Below the pieces are notes generated by a model. The model ran no database searches and had not been told where the DNA came from. It saw nothing but the letters and a program-made list of their open reading frames with translations. Below are positions 49,095 through 58,481 of a stretch of DNA of 64,000 bases, in pieces (within the stretch, counting starts at the first letter, position 1; each line of letters begins with the position of its first letter). The DNA is from Promethearchaeota archaeon (lineage in GTDB: Archaea; Asgardarchaeota; Lokiarchaeia; Sigyniarchaeales; SOKP01), in NCBI GenBank assembly GCA_030603385.1, contig JAUVXW010000003.1, positions 124,637 through 188,636 on the forward strand, given 5' to 3'. Both the position numbers and the translations under genes were made by a program.

Positions 49095-51506
49095 TTAGAA
49101 CTTGCGTTTTAATGTTCTTCGTGTTTTTGTAATAATCGCTAGACTTACCATAGCAACAAGGCTAATACTTACCATAATTCCTGTTGAGTATCCCGGAATT
49201 ATCGCTTCTGTTGGTGCTTCTCCAACCATTGTAAAGTCAGCCCAAGGGTTCTGCCAATTTCCACTAAAAACTCTGTTGTTACCAAATTCCCACAGTGAAC
49301 TAATTCCAGAATATCCATTTGCGCTACAAACCCATATAGAGATGGCATCTTGGTATATTTGATCCAGAATAGAGTTATAATCGAGCATTAGTTGCGTTTT
49401 ATTCTGCTGGAAATACAAAGAAAAAACCAAAGGTCGCATTTTATCAACTGTTGGTACATAACCTGGATAACCCTGTGATATTCCGAAGTCTGAGGTAATA
49501 TTTACCTTAGTTGTCAAATATGTCCAGACATTCCAGGCTAGAGTGTGGTCAGTTGGATCCGTCATATCAAATGCTGGTGTATCATCCATACTCCATTCAA
49601 GCCATTTAAATAAAGTAGGTTCTGGGTAGGTCATAGAATGAAAGCCAACATCTCTAAACCAACGATTAGAATGTACTTCAAAGTTGTCATACTGCGCTTG
49701 AGTCATTGGTGAATTTGCATCTCGGATGACATTAATACCAATTTTTGACATATATGTTTTGAAATTTTGGAATAAATGTGGCATCCAAGCCTGGTCCATA
49801 CAAGTGATATTAGCGATCGGATTAGTAGCAGACATGATAACCCATGTTTCATCAGTATAGAGATCGGTGGTTATATTTAATCCGCGATCTGTAGCTCGAT
49901 TCAGAGGATCATCTGTAAGCAGGTAATACCGGGCTTCTGTCAAGTTATAGAAAAATCCAGGTTCTGTTTGACGAGGGAATGTTGGATAAAGATCATCAGT
50001 TAAATAATCGGTATATAATGCTTCTGCAAATGGACCTTGTTCTCGTACAGCTTCCCATCCTAAAACATCTGGTAAAATAAAATGGTCGTAGTTAAATGCA
50101 AAGCTCATCGCATAACGAAGTGTGTAATCTACTTCGTTCGGATTAAAATAAAAGTGGGCATAATTTTGCGTCGCCGAAGGTCCAAGAAGAGTGAGTAAAG
50201 GATCCGCCTCGATCTGAGCCCTCCAATCCAACCATCTTTCTGTGCAATCGAAGCCATCAAGTTCATGGGCGAGGGCAGCCGTATACAATGCTGTATCAGT
50301 ATCATAATATTTTAATATAAAAATATCCATTTCGGGGTCAACAGCATGCTCCCGATTTGTAACTTCCCAGTTTCCTCCCCAATAATCTTCATTTTTGTTA
50401 AGAACTAAATATTTCTCGGCTTCATTGTACTCATCAAAAGTAAAGGGTCCTGTCCCAATACATGTACTAGGAACATCTGCTTTGAGTATTAAGCCGTCAT
50501 ATTTAGTAGGATACCAATACGATGAATTCGCATATCCTGGACCACCGAGGTCCCAGAATTTCGTTGATGGGTTCCATGTTCCCGTTGGAAACATCATGCC
50601 CATTACGTACAGTCTTGAAGTTTTCATATGCTCCCATGAGGGTACATACAAATTAACGGTTAATTTATATGGCTCGTCTGGGTAGAGTGTGACACTGTCA
50701 AAGGCATTCGTATTCCTGTTATTACCTGGTGCATTACCACTAACATTATCGGGAACATAATATGCTCGTCCAATACCAAGTTCACTCCAATCCCAATATC
50801 CCCATTCTTCATCATTCCAGACAGATCTACCAGCCCACTGATCTATATCAGCAGGCCAAGATAGAAAGGAGGCTGACCAATTAACTGACCCAGGTCCGTA
50901 ATCCCCAGGTCCATACATTGCTGTTGTATTAGTCCCATCCCAATGTTCGGCTGGGTATCTGGAGTCGTCTTTATTCCACCATAGTTCAGGATACAGGGCT
51001 GAATCGTTGTATTCTGCATTATTAGGATCTGCTAAGAGAGCCTCAATTTCATACCACCAGCTCTGAATAACAGCTTGGAACGGATCCCCGTTCCACTCTC
51101 CATACCAGGATGTACCTACAGCTTTTTGCCTATCCCAGTTCCATTTAACGACGCTAGCATTTAATTCTTGCCCGTTCCAGAATTTCACACCTTGATGTAG
51201 AGTCAGGTTAATATGCAACCCACTCGCATCGGCTGATTCTGATTCTACAAGCCATGGAGTTGAATAAGGTACGGAGGCTAAAGGATCATTGTTTTCATAA
51301 CGATAGAGCCCTTCATAACAAAGCTGAGTGAGCGTGTACTGATTATCGCCATTTGAAAGTAAGGGATCTAATTCAAGAATTTCGGACCTTGTTCCGTAAA
51401 CGAAGATTACTGGTTCTTGAGCATGTGCGGTAGGTATTAGAAAGAAAGAATAGAATGGTGTTATCAAAAATAAAGCAATTATTATTATAGTTGTTTTTCT
51501 TTTCAT
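49095..51506 (-). CDS. ABC family-5 substrate-binding protein with Loki-CTERM-like anchor
   Basis: Signal peptide MKRKTT...AHA|Q, LDP, YEGL, GVKF, IGTGPF, KNEDYWG; C-terminal IPGY + TM + basic tail; ATG at 51506. Confidence 0.82.
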   Translation of the reverse strand: MKRKTTIIIIALFLITPFYSFFLIPTAHAQEPVIFVYGTRSEILELDPLLSNGDNQYTLTQLCYEGLYRYENNDPLASVPYSTPWLVESESADASGLHINLTLHQGVKFWNGQELNASVVKWNWDRQKAVGTSWYGEWNGDPFQAVIQSWWYEIEALLADPNNAEYNDSALYPELWWNKDDSRYPAEHWDGTNTTAMYGPGDYGPGSVNWSASFLSWPADIDQWAGRSVWNDEEWGYWDWSELGIGRAYYVPDNVSGNAPGNNRNTNAFDSVTLYPDEPYKLTVNLYVPSWEHMKTSRLYVMGMMFPTGTWNPSTKFWDLGGPGYANSSYWYPTKYDGLILKADVPSTCIGTGPFTFDEYNEAEKYLVLNKNEDYWGGNWEVTNREHAVDPEMDIFILKYYDTDTALYTAALAHELDGFDCTERWLDWRAQIEADPLLTLLGPSATQNYAHFYFNPNEVDYTLRYAMSFAFNYDHFILPDVLGWEAVREQGPFAEALYTDYLTDDLYPTFPRQTEPGFFYNLTEARYYLLTDDPLNRATDRGLNITTDLYTDETWVIMSATNPIANITCMDQAWMPHLFQNFKTYMSKIGINVIRDANSPMTQAQYDNFEVHSNRWFRDVGFHSMTYPEPTLFKWLEWSMDDTPAFDMTDPTDHTLAWNVWTYLTTKVNITSDFGISQGYPGYVPTVDKMRPLVFSLYFQQNKTQLMLDYNSILDQIYQDAISIWVCSANGYSGISSLWEFGNNRVFSGNWQNPWADFTMVGEAPTEAIIPGYSTGIMVSISLVAMVSLAIITKTRRTLKRKF

Positions 51507-51545
51507 AGTATTCTCATTTTTTTTTTGTAAGATTTCTAAAAAAAA

Positions 51546-51565
51546 TAACACTTTTTTTAGTGTTA
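51546..51565. promoter_or_regulatory. Palindromic operator-like site TAACACT-N6-AGTGTTA
   Basis: Perfect inverted repeat between a TTTATATA box (- strand, ~51588-51595) and the SBP start; conserved copy at 52013..52032. Confidence 0.55.
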
Positions 51566-51673
51566 AGGGTAATTTATGTTCATGATATATATAAATCTTA
51601 TTAGAAAAGATAATAAAAAAAAGAAAAAAATGACAATATGGATCTTTAAAACCCTATAACTTTCAAATCTCAG

Positions 51674-51981
51674 TCACATTTTTATTAGAGATAGATCGTG
51701 TTCATCTGGTTCTTCTTGTTTTTTTTTAATATATCCATAAACAAATCCAATTATTCCTCCAGTTTTCTATTTTATAGAAGGCATTCATAGCTCCACCTAC
51801 GTAGTTGACTTGAAATTCCACCCTCACCAATTATTGGATCAAAATTAACGTAATTATCGAGGGTACCAATTATAAATGTTGCGTCATCATCTTGACCATG
51901 TACAGTAGTAATAGGAATAAAACAGAAGAAAGGCATTGCTAAAAATAATGAGATAAACAATAGTGTTCTTGTTCTTTTCAT
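51674..51981 (-). pseudogene. Truncated SBP paralog fused by deletion to the C-terminus of a membrane-protein paralog
   Basis: The N-terminus parallels the 49095 SBP (signal peptide, NFDP, YECL). Downstream, GGIIGFVYGYIKKKQEE resembles the C-terminus of 52168..52659. Confidence 0.65.
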
Positions 51982-52012
51982 ATTTTTATCATTTTTTTTT
52001 TTAAATTAGATA

Positions 52013-52032
52013 AAACACTAAATTTCGTGTTA
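52013..52032. promoter_or_regulatory. Operator-like palindrome AACAC-N8-GTGTT upstream of the SBP remnant
   Basis: AAACACTAAATTTCGTGTTA; same spacing and position as 51546..51565. Confidence 0.5.
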
Positions 52033-52167
52033 TTGATATTTTATGTAGATGTTATATTTAAGTCTTTTGCGCAGTTTTTTATTTATAAACAAATATTCTG
52101 ATGAAAAATTTGATAAAAGTTAATGAATAAGGAAAAAAAATTAGTGATAATTGTACAGAATTATACA

Positions 52168-52659
52168 TTACCCAAAAAAGGAGGGAGATTCTTCACGTTC
52201 TTTCTGTCTTTTCTTATAATACACATATAAATAGCCAATTATAAGACCGACAATTACTGCAAAGGGAGTAAAGTACAATATATATATTCCTAACACGTTG
52301 ATATCAAAAGTATTAATAGAAATATATAGAACCCATTCAAATATGCTTATAAAAAGTGAGGATATTGTCGTCCCACTTACTCCTACAATTATCCCTGTCT
52401 TAGTGAATGGCTGATCTGGTTTAAGAATTTTAAAAGTAAGAACAAGACCAAAAAGACTTCCTATAGAATAATAAATATCACCATACCATATAACAAATAA
52501 TCCAGGATATATGATAAATCCGGTAAAAGAAATAAGAATAGAAACCAATATTCCCGACACCATATTGTATTGTTCATATATCAGTAAACTTACAACAGAT
52601 AAAATGACAATAAAAGGTAATATTCCTATAATTAAAATTAATAAGATTGAAATTGCCAT
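52168..52659 (-). CDS. Hypothetical membrane protein
   Basis: ~5 TM segments, basic C-terminal tail, AGGAGA RBS. Confidence 0.65.
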   Translation of the reverse strand: MAISILLILIIGILPFIVILSVVSLLIYEQYNMVSGILVSILISFTGFIIYPGLFVIWYGDIYYSIGSLFGLVLTFKILKPDQPFTKTGIIVGVSGTTISSLFISIFEWVLYISINTFDINVLGIYILYFTPFAVIVGLIIGYLYVYYKKRQKEREESPSFFG

Positions 52660-52786
52660 AATAAATCTCCTTTTCTCAATTTTTATATTTATTTATAACT
52701 ATTTGACTCATTTAATACTGATCTTTAAATTATTATTCAAATTTTTTATACAAGTTAATATTTACTGAATAATCCAATTTTTATTC

Positions 52787-52833
52787 AAAGTTAATAACTG
52801 AAGGAATCTAGAATTACTTTAAAAAAAATATAA
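52787..52833 (+). repeat. 47-bp promoter-like direct repeat, copy 1
   Basis: 43/47 identical to 53978..54024. Confidence 0.75.
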
Positions 52834-52852
52834 TTTATTAAATTGATTATAT

Positions 52853-53905
52853 ATGGTTATTGAGACGAGTATAACTAAGATGCTTGGGATTAAGCATCCT
52901 ATAATTGCAGCTCCAATGGGTCCTTTTTTTACTACTGAACTCACAATAGCTGTTTCAGAAGCGGGAGGTTTAGGAGTACTGAGTCATACTGGTTTACTTA
53001 GCGAATTTCAAGCTCGTAGATTTCCTACAGAGATAATGAAAGAGAACATGTTAAAAGTTGTTGAACAAACTGATAAACCTTTTGGTTTTAACATCAGAAC
53101 TTCCCGAACCGAGCAAAGTGGTTCGAGAATTTGTAAAGAAATCCCAAAATTCATAATGGAAAACCAAAGGATTCGAGAACAGTGCGTGTATGCTGTAACT
53201 AGTGCAGGGTCTTCAAGAATGTTACCTCAATCAAAATCTTTCCAAAAATTAAAGGAAAACGGTTCAAAAATTAAACATTTCCATGTTGCTCCCGCTTTAT
53301 GGCTTGCAGATAAATGTGTTGCCTCAGGAGTAGATGGGTTGGTGATTACTGGGGGTGAAGGAGGTGGACATCAATCTTACGAAAGGGTGAGCAGTCTAGT
53401 TTTGCTACAACAGACAATACAGAAATATCCCGATTTTCCTATTGTGGCGTGTGGGGGATTTGCAACTGGTCAAAGCCTAGCGGCTGCTTTAGCGATGGGT
53501 GCTGGAGCTGTTGCGATGGGCTCTCGATTTATAGCATCTAAAGAAAGTGAATTTCATGATTCTTATAAAAATATAGTTCCCTCTGCGAAAGCTCAGGATA
53601 CAGTATTAACTACTGGTGCGTTAGGGTTTATTCGTTTATGGAAAAACGAGTATTCACTCCATCATGAACTTGTGGCAAATAAAGAAGAAAAAATGGCTCA
53701 AGAAGCAGCTATGACTCTAGAGGACGCTAATGAAGTAGCAGAAAAATACGAATTAGCTTACCAAGGTAATATAAATGATGGGGCTGTTCCTTTAGGACAG
53801 AGTATCGGAGCTATTAATAATATTGAAGGTGTGTCTGATATTATTGATACCATCATTAAAACTGCAGAAAAAAATCTGAAGAAATCTCATTCCTACTTAA
53901 AATAA
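52853..53905 (+). CDS. FMN-dependent nitronate monooxygenase / FabK-like enoyl reductase
   Basis: PIIAAPMG, EGGGH, ACGGF, MGSRF, LGQS; paralog of 30047..31081. Confidence 0.85.
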   Translation: MVIETSITKMLGIKHPIIAAPMGPFFTTELTIAVSEAGGLGVLSHTGLLSEFQARRFPTEIMKENMLKVVEQTDKPFGFNIRTSRTEQSGSRICKEIPKFIMENQRIREQCVYAVTSAGSSRMLPQSKSFQKLKENGSKIKHFHVAPALWLADKCVASGVDGLVITGGEGGGHQSYERVSSLVLLQQTIQKYPDFPIVACGGFATGQSLAAALAMGAGAVAMGSRFIASKESEFHDSYKNIVPSAKAQDTVLTTGALGFIRLWKNEYSLHHELVANKEEKMAQEAAMTLEDANEVAEKYELAYQGNINDGAVPLGQSIGAINNIEGVSDIIDTIIKTAEKNLKKSHSYLK

Positions 53906-53977
53906 ATCTTCTTTTTTCATTTTAATTAGTAGAAAATCTATTTTTTCTTATCAAATCTGACTTCAAATGATTTCTTT

Positions 53978-54024
53978 AAAGTTAATAACTAAAGGATTCT
54001 AGAATTACTTTAATAAAACTATAA
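53978..54024 (+). repeat. 47-bp promoter-like direct repeat, copy 2
   Basis: AAAGTTAATAACTAAAGGATTCTAGAATTACTTTAATAAAACTATAA. Confidence 0.75.
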
Positions 54025-54076
54025 ATTTTCAAATAACAAAATTATTTCTAAAAAATATAAAATTATCAATAATCTA

Positions 54077-56395
54077 GTGGTAGATATTATGGTAAGTCAA
54101 GAAGATGATGAAGGAGTAAAAATTGTAAGAACTACTTCTGCATTTGATTGTGGTGGTCGATGTCCCTTAAGGTTCCATATTAAGGATGGAAAGATTATAC
54201 GAGTAGAAGGTGATGATTCTGCAGACTCTGACAAACAACTTAGGGCATGTTTAAGGTGTAGATCAATTAGACAGTATATTTATCATCCAGAAAGATTAAG
54301 ATATCCCTTAAAAAGAGCTGGTCCTAAGGGTTCTGGCAAATTTGAAAGGATTTCATGGGATGAAGCTTATGATACTATCGTAAAGAAACTAAAGGAAACA
54401 ATAGAGAAATATGGAAATCAAAGTATATTATATATTACAGGAGGAGGTTATTTTGGAGCATTACACGGTGCCGGAGTGGCTTATGCAAGATTATTGAATT
54501 CGCTTGGTGGATATTCAACATCATATGGTAATATTTCTTCCCAAGGAGCAATTTTTGGAACTCAAGCATCATATGGTTTTGGTCAGATCTTTGTTGGCAA
54601 CAGCCGGGAAGATTGGATGAATACAAAATTAATTATATGCTGGGGTTGGGATCCTGCTCGTCAGATTTCAGGGACAAATACATTATGGTGGTTAATAAAA
54701 GCTAAAGAAAATGGAGCTAAAGTTATTGTTATTGACCCGCGCTATTCGGATACTGCTTTAGTAGCCGCTGATCAATGGATCCCTATAATTCCAGGAACGG
54801 ATACAGCTATGATGGCAGCGATGGCTAATGTTATCCTTAGAGAAAATTTACATGATCAAGAGTTTCTCGATAAATACACTCATGGTTTTGATAAATATAG
54901 AGAATATGTAATGGGAGAGGAAGATGGAATTCCCAAGACACCAGAGTGGGCTGAAAAAATATGCGGTGTGAAAGCTTCTGTTATTGCAGATTTAGCCCGT
55001 GAATATGCCACTACCAAACCTGCAGCATTAGAAGATTGCCAAGGTCCTGCTCGTTCAGCAATGGGCGGACAATACAATCGAGGAGCTATAACACTTTCTG
55101 CAATGACAGGAAATATCGGAAAACCAGGTGGAAGTGCTTGTGGTGGACTTCATGGGATTCCATATGGTCATATGTTTAGAGGAATTATGATTCCTCCAGG
55201 TAGAAATACTGCTTGGCCAAAAGGTAAGTCTTTAAGGGGAAATATTAATCCCAGAGATCGTTTAGATACCAGAGTTCATGTAAATAAGATTTTTGATGCA
55301 ATCCTTCATGGTAAATCTGGAGGTTATCCTTTTGACGTAAAATTTGCTTGGTTTGCGGTTTGTGATTTCGTAAATCAAATAGGAAATGCAAATAAATCAG
55401 CAAAAGCTATGAGCCGAGAGGATTTATTTACAGTTGTTCCAGAACTATGGTTAACTCCCACAGCTCAATATGCTGATATTGTCCTTCCTGTGACAGGCTT
55501 TTCGTCAAGGAGTGACCTTACAAGACCTTGGCCTTCAGGACCTTATTTTGGTCATATGAATAAAGCTATTGAACCTATGGGTGAATGTAAGGATGATATA
55601 CAAATAGCAGAAGAATTAGCTGAAAGACTAGGTATTAAAAACTTTAAAAGAGAGGAACTTATTGAACAATATTTAAAAAACCCCCAACTCGCTCCAATGA
55701 AAGGAATATTAGACAAATATGATGATATTAATGATAAATGGCTTCGCTTACTCGCTGTTATGGGACAAGATGTTCGGGAAAATGTTAAAGATTATGACAA
55801 ATATAAAAAGGAAGGGCTCCATAGAATTGAACTTAAAGAACCATACGTAGCATTCAAAAAGAACATAGACGATATAGAAAAAAATCCATTCCCAACACCC
55901 TCAGGGAAGATTGAAATCTATTCCGATCAAATTGCAAGCTGGAATAATCCTATTTGTCCACCTATTGCGAAATATGTGCCAACGTGGGAGAATCGTGATG
56001 ATCCTTTAGTAGAAAAATATCCACTTCAATTGATTTCACCTCATCCAAGACAAAGGGTGCATTCCGAACTATATAAAATCGAATGGCTCATGGAAGCAAT
56101 ACCTCATCGAATGTGGATAAATCCAGCTGATGCAGAACCTAGAGACATTAGAAACGGCGATATGTGTTTAGTCTCCAACGATAGAGGGACGGTAGCAATA
56201 GAAGCTTTTATCACAAGAAGAATTATTCCCGGAGTTGTTTGTATTTATGAAGGTGCATGGTATGATCCTGATGAGAAAGGAATCGACAGAGGTGCATGTG
56301 CAAATACACTTACCAAGGATGCAATGAGTGAAGGAGGCGCTGCTGCATTAAAAACATGTCTGGTTCAAGTGAAATTGGAGAAAGGAGGTGCCTAA
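54077..56395 (+). CDS. Molybdopterin oxidoreductase catalytic subunit (DmsA-like, no Tat signal)
   Basis: SAFDCGGRC...ACLRC, RLRYPL, PGTD, FPTPSGKIEIY, RVHS; alternative ATG at 54089. Confidence 0.9.
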   Translation: MVDIMVSQEDDEGVKIVRTTSAFDCGGRCPLRFHIKDGKIIRVEGDDSADSDKQLRACLRCRSIRQYIYHPERLRYPLKRAGPKGSGKFERISWDEAYDTIVKKLKETIEKYGNQSILYITGGGYFGALHGAGVAYARLLNSLGGYSTSYGNISSQGAIFGTQASYGFGQIFVGNSREDWMNTKLIICWGWDPARQISGTNTLWWLIKAKENGAKVIVIDPRYSDTALVAADQWIPIIPGTDTAMMAAMANVILRENLHDQEFLDKYTHGFDKYREYVMGEEDGIPKTPEWAEKICGVKASVIADLAREYATTKPAALEDCQGPARSAMGGQYNRGAITLSAMTGNIGKPGGSACGGLHGIPYGHMFRGIMIPPGRNTAWPKGKSLRGNINPRDRLDTRVHVNKIFDAILHGKSGGYPFDVKFAWFAVCDFVNQIGNANKSAKAMSREDLFTVVPELWLTPTAQYADIVLPVTGFSSRSDLTRPWPSGPYFGHMNKAIEPMGECKDDIQIAEELAERLGIKNFKREELIEQYLKNPQLAPMKGILDKYDDINDKWLRLLAVMGQDVRENVKDYDKYKKEGLHRIELKEPYVAFKKNIDDIEKNPFPTPSGKIEIYSDQIASWNNPICPPIAKYVPTWENRDDPLVEKYPLQLISPHPRQRVHSELYKIEWLMEAIPHRMWINPADAEPRDIRNGDMCLVSNDRGTVAIEAFITRRIIPGVVCIYEGAWYDPDEKGIDRGACANTLTKDAMSEGGAAALKTCLVQVKLEKGGA

Positions 56396-56397
56396 AT

Positions 56398-58404
56398 ATG
56401 CAAGTAGGATTTTACTTTGACCAAACAAGGTGCACAGGTTGTAATGCTTGTAGAGTGGCATGTAAAGATTGGCATGACCAACCGTCAAGTCCCGCTTCAT
56501 GGATGAGAATCAATTACCAAGAAGAAGGTCCATTTCCTAATGTCTTTGCTAGCTATCTTATCTCAAATTGTTATCATTGTGAAGAACCTGTTTGTGCTTT
56601 TGTTTGTCCGAATGAGGCAATAAGTAAAAGAGAGGAAGATGGGATTGTTGTAGTTGATAAAGATAAATGTCGGGAAGAAGTTCCATGCGGCTTAATTTCA
56701 AAAGAAAAAATGGGCGCTAGTTACTCATATGGTGAATTACAAGCACCTTGTCAAATCGCATGCCCGGTTCATCTTCATATTCCTGCGTACACTGCTTTGA
56801 TAGCTAAGGGTAAGTTTAAGGAATCTTTAGATTTAATTAGACAGAGGATGCCTTTACCTTCAGTATGTGGTCGTGTTTGCCTTCATCCTTGCGAAGAGGT
56901 TTGTGCTCGAAAAGATGTGGATCAAGCAATTGCTATTGAAGCACTGAAAGGATTTGTAGCAGATAACGTATCTGAAGAACCGCCAAAACGCTTACTGCAA
57001 ACTCAATCAGAAAAAGTTGCGATAATTGGGTCTGGTCCTGCAGGTTTAGCAGCAGCTTACGACCTAATTAGAATGGGTTATGGTGTTACTATTTTTGAAG
57101 CGTCGTCCCGTGCTGGAGGTATGCTGGCCGTAGGAATTCCAGAACACAGGTTACCACGTGATGTTCTCAACAGGGATATTGATTATATTAAAGCACTTGG
57201 GGTTGAAATAAAGACTAATACTTTAATAGATCTAAATCAAGGTTTAGAGGATCTATTAAAACAGGGATATGGTGCTGTACTAGTTGCAATTGGGGCTCAT
57301 AAAGGGAAGAAACTTGGTATTCCTGGGGCTGATCTAGACGGGGTTTTAGTAGGAACTTCATTTATGCGAGATGTTAATCTTGGTAAAGAAGTTAAACTCG
57401 GTAAAAAAGTATTAATCATAGGCGGTGGAAATGTTGCGATGGATTGTGCACGCACTGCCCGTCGTCTTGGTACTACAGAAGTAGGTGTATCCTGTCTTGA
57501 ATGTTGTGATGATATGCCTGCAGATATATTGGAAGTTGATCAAGCTCGTGAAGAAGGAATTCAGATCTATGATTCTCGTTCTTTCACGAAAATTTTGAAT
57601 AATAATGGAAAAGTAGCTGGAGTAGGATGTCTTGAGATTACAGGATGCACATTTGATGATGATGGAGAAGCTCACTTTGATGTAGTAAGTGATGAAGAAC
57701 ACACTTTAGAGGCTGATACAGTTATTTTTGCTATAGGTCAAGTTCCTGAAGTTAGCAATTCTAGTATAATAAAAATCAGTAAGAGGGGTACTATCACCGC
57801 AGATTCTGAAACTTTGATGCTTGTAACCAAGGGCTTGTTTGTTGCCGGAGATTGCTTTAGCGGTATAGCAAGTATTATTGATGCAATCGCGAGTGGTCAA
57901 AAATCAGCATCTAAAATTCATCGTTATCTTCAAGGTGATGTACTTAGAGTTAGATCAAGTCCAGAAATTGCAGCAACCGAAATAATAGTCGACATCCCCC
58001 CAGAGACGGAGAAAAAAGAGCGCCAACCCATGCCACTTCTGTCAGCATCCGAGAGAGTTTCTAATTTCAAGGAGGTCACTTTAGGTTTCAGTGAGGAAGC
58101 AGCTATAACTGAAGCCGAGAGATGTTTTAATTGTGCAGGGCATTTGTGTAAAGATGTCTGTCCTTATTCTGCACCTCAGTTTGTTGAAGAAGAAAAAGCT
58201 AGAATGCAAAAATGTAATTATTGTGTTGATCGATTTGATGTTGGAAAACAACCAATATGTGTTGAAGCTTGTTATGCGCGTGCTCTTGATTCGGGAACTT
58301 TAGAAGAATTAAAGTCAAAATATGGAGATATTCGAAAATCACCGGGTTTTTCTTATTCAATCAGTGTAAAACCAGCAATTTTATTTAAACCAAAAAAGAA
58401 ATAA
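56398..58404 (+). CDS. DmsB-like Fe-S subunit with inserted GltD-like FAD/NAD(P) oxidoreductase
   Basis: DmsB halves at both termini; internal APCQIACP, CGRVCLHPCE, GSGPAG, GGGNVAMD, EAERCFNC; ATG at 56398 after AGGAGGTG. Confidence 0.87.
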   Translation: MQVGFYFDQTRCTGCNACRVACKDWHDQPSSPASWMRINYQEEGPFPNVFASYLISNCYHCEEPVCAFVCPNEAISKREEDGIVVVDKDKCREEVPCGLISKEKMGASYSYGELQAPCQIACPVHLHIPAYTALIAKGKFKESLDLIRQRMPLPSVCGRVCLHPCEEVCARKDVDQAIAIEALKGFVADNVSEEPPKRLLQTQSEKVAIIGSGPAGLAAAYDLIRMGYGVTIFEASSRAGGMLAVGIPEHRLPRDVLNRDIDYIKALGVEIKTNTLIDLNQGLEDLLKQGYGAVLVAIGAHKGKKLGIPGADLDGVLVGTSFMRDVNLGKEVKLGKKVLIIGGGNVAMDCARTARRLGTTEVGVSCLECCDDMPADILEVDQAREEGIQIYDSRSFTKILNNNGKVAGVGCLEITGCTFDDDGEAHFDVVSDEEHTLEADTVIFAIGQVPEVSNSSIIKISKRGTITADSETLMLVTKGLFVAGDCFSGIASIIDAIASGQKSASKIHRYLQGDVLRVRSSPEIAATEIIVDIPPETEKKERQPMPLLSASERVSNFKEVTLGFSEEAAITEAERCFNCAGHLCKDVCPYSAPQFVEEEKARMQKCNYCVDRFDVGKQPICVEACYARALDSGTLEELKSKYGDIRKSPGFSYSISVKPAILFKPKKK

Positions 58405-58481
58405 GCAATACAAAATTTTTTATTTTTTTTGTCTATTTAGTATACTAATATATTTTTAGATATTTAGAGGAATGTTTATAT

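Noticed and set aside
20351-58404. Possible selenocysteine read-through in the Mo/Fe-S enzymes
   Set aside because: These ORFs are full length with no in-frame TGA at Cys positions, and no SECIS could be supported
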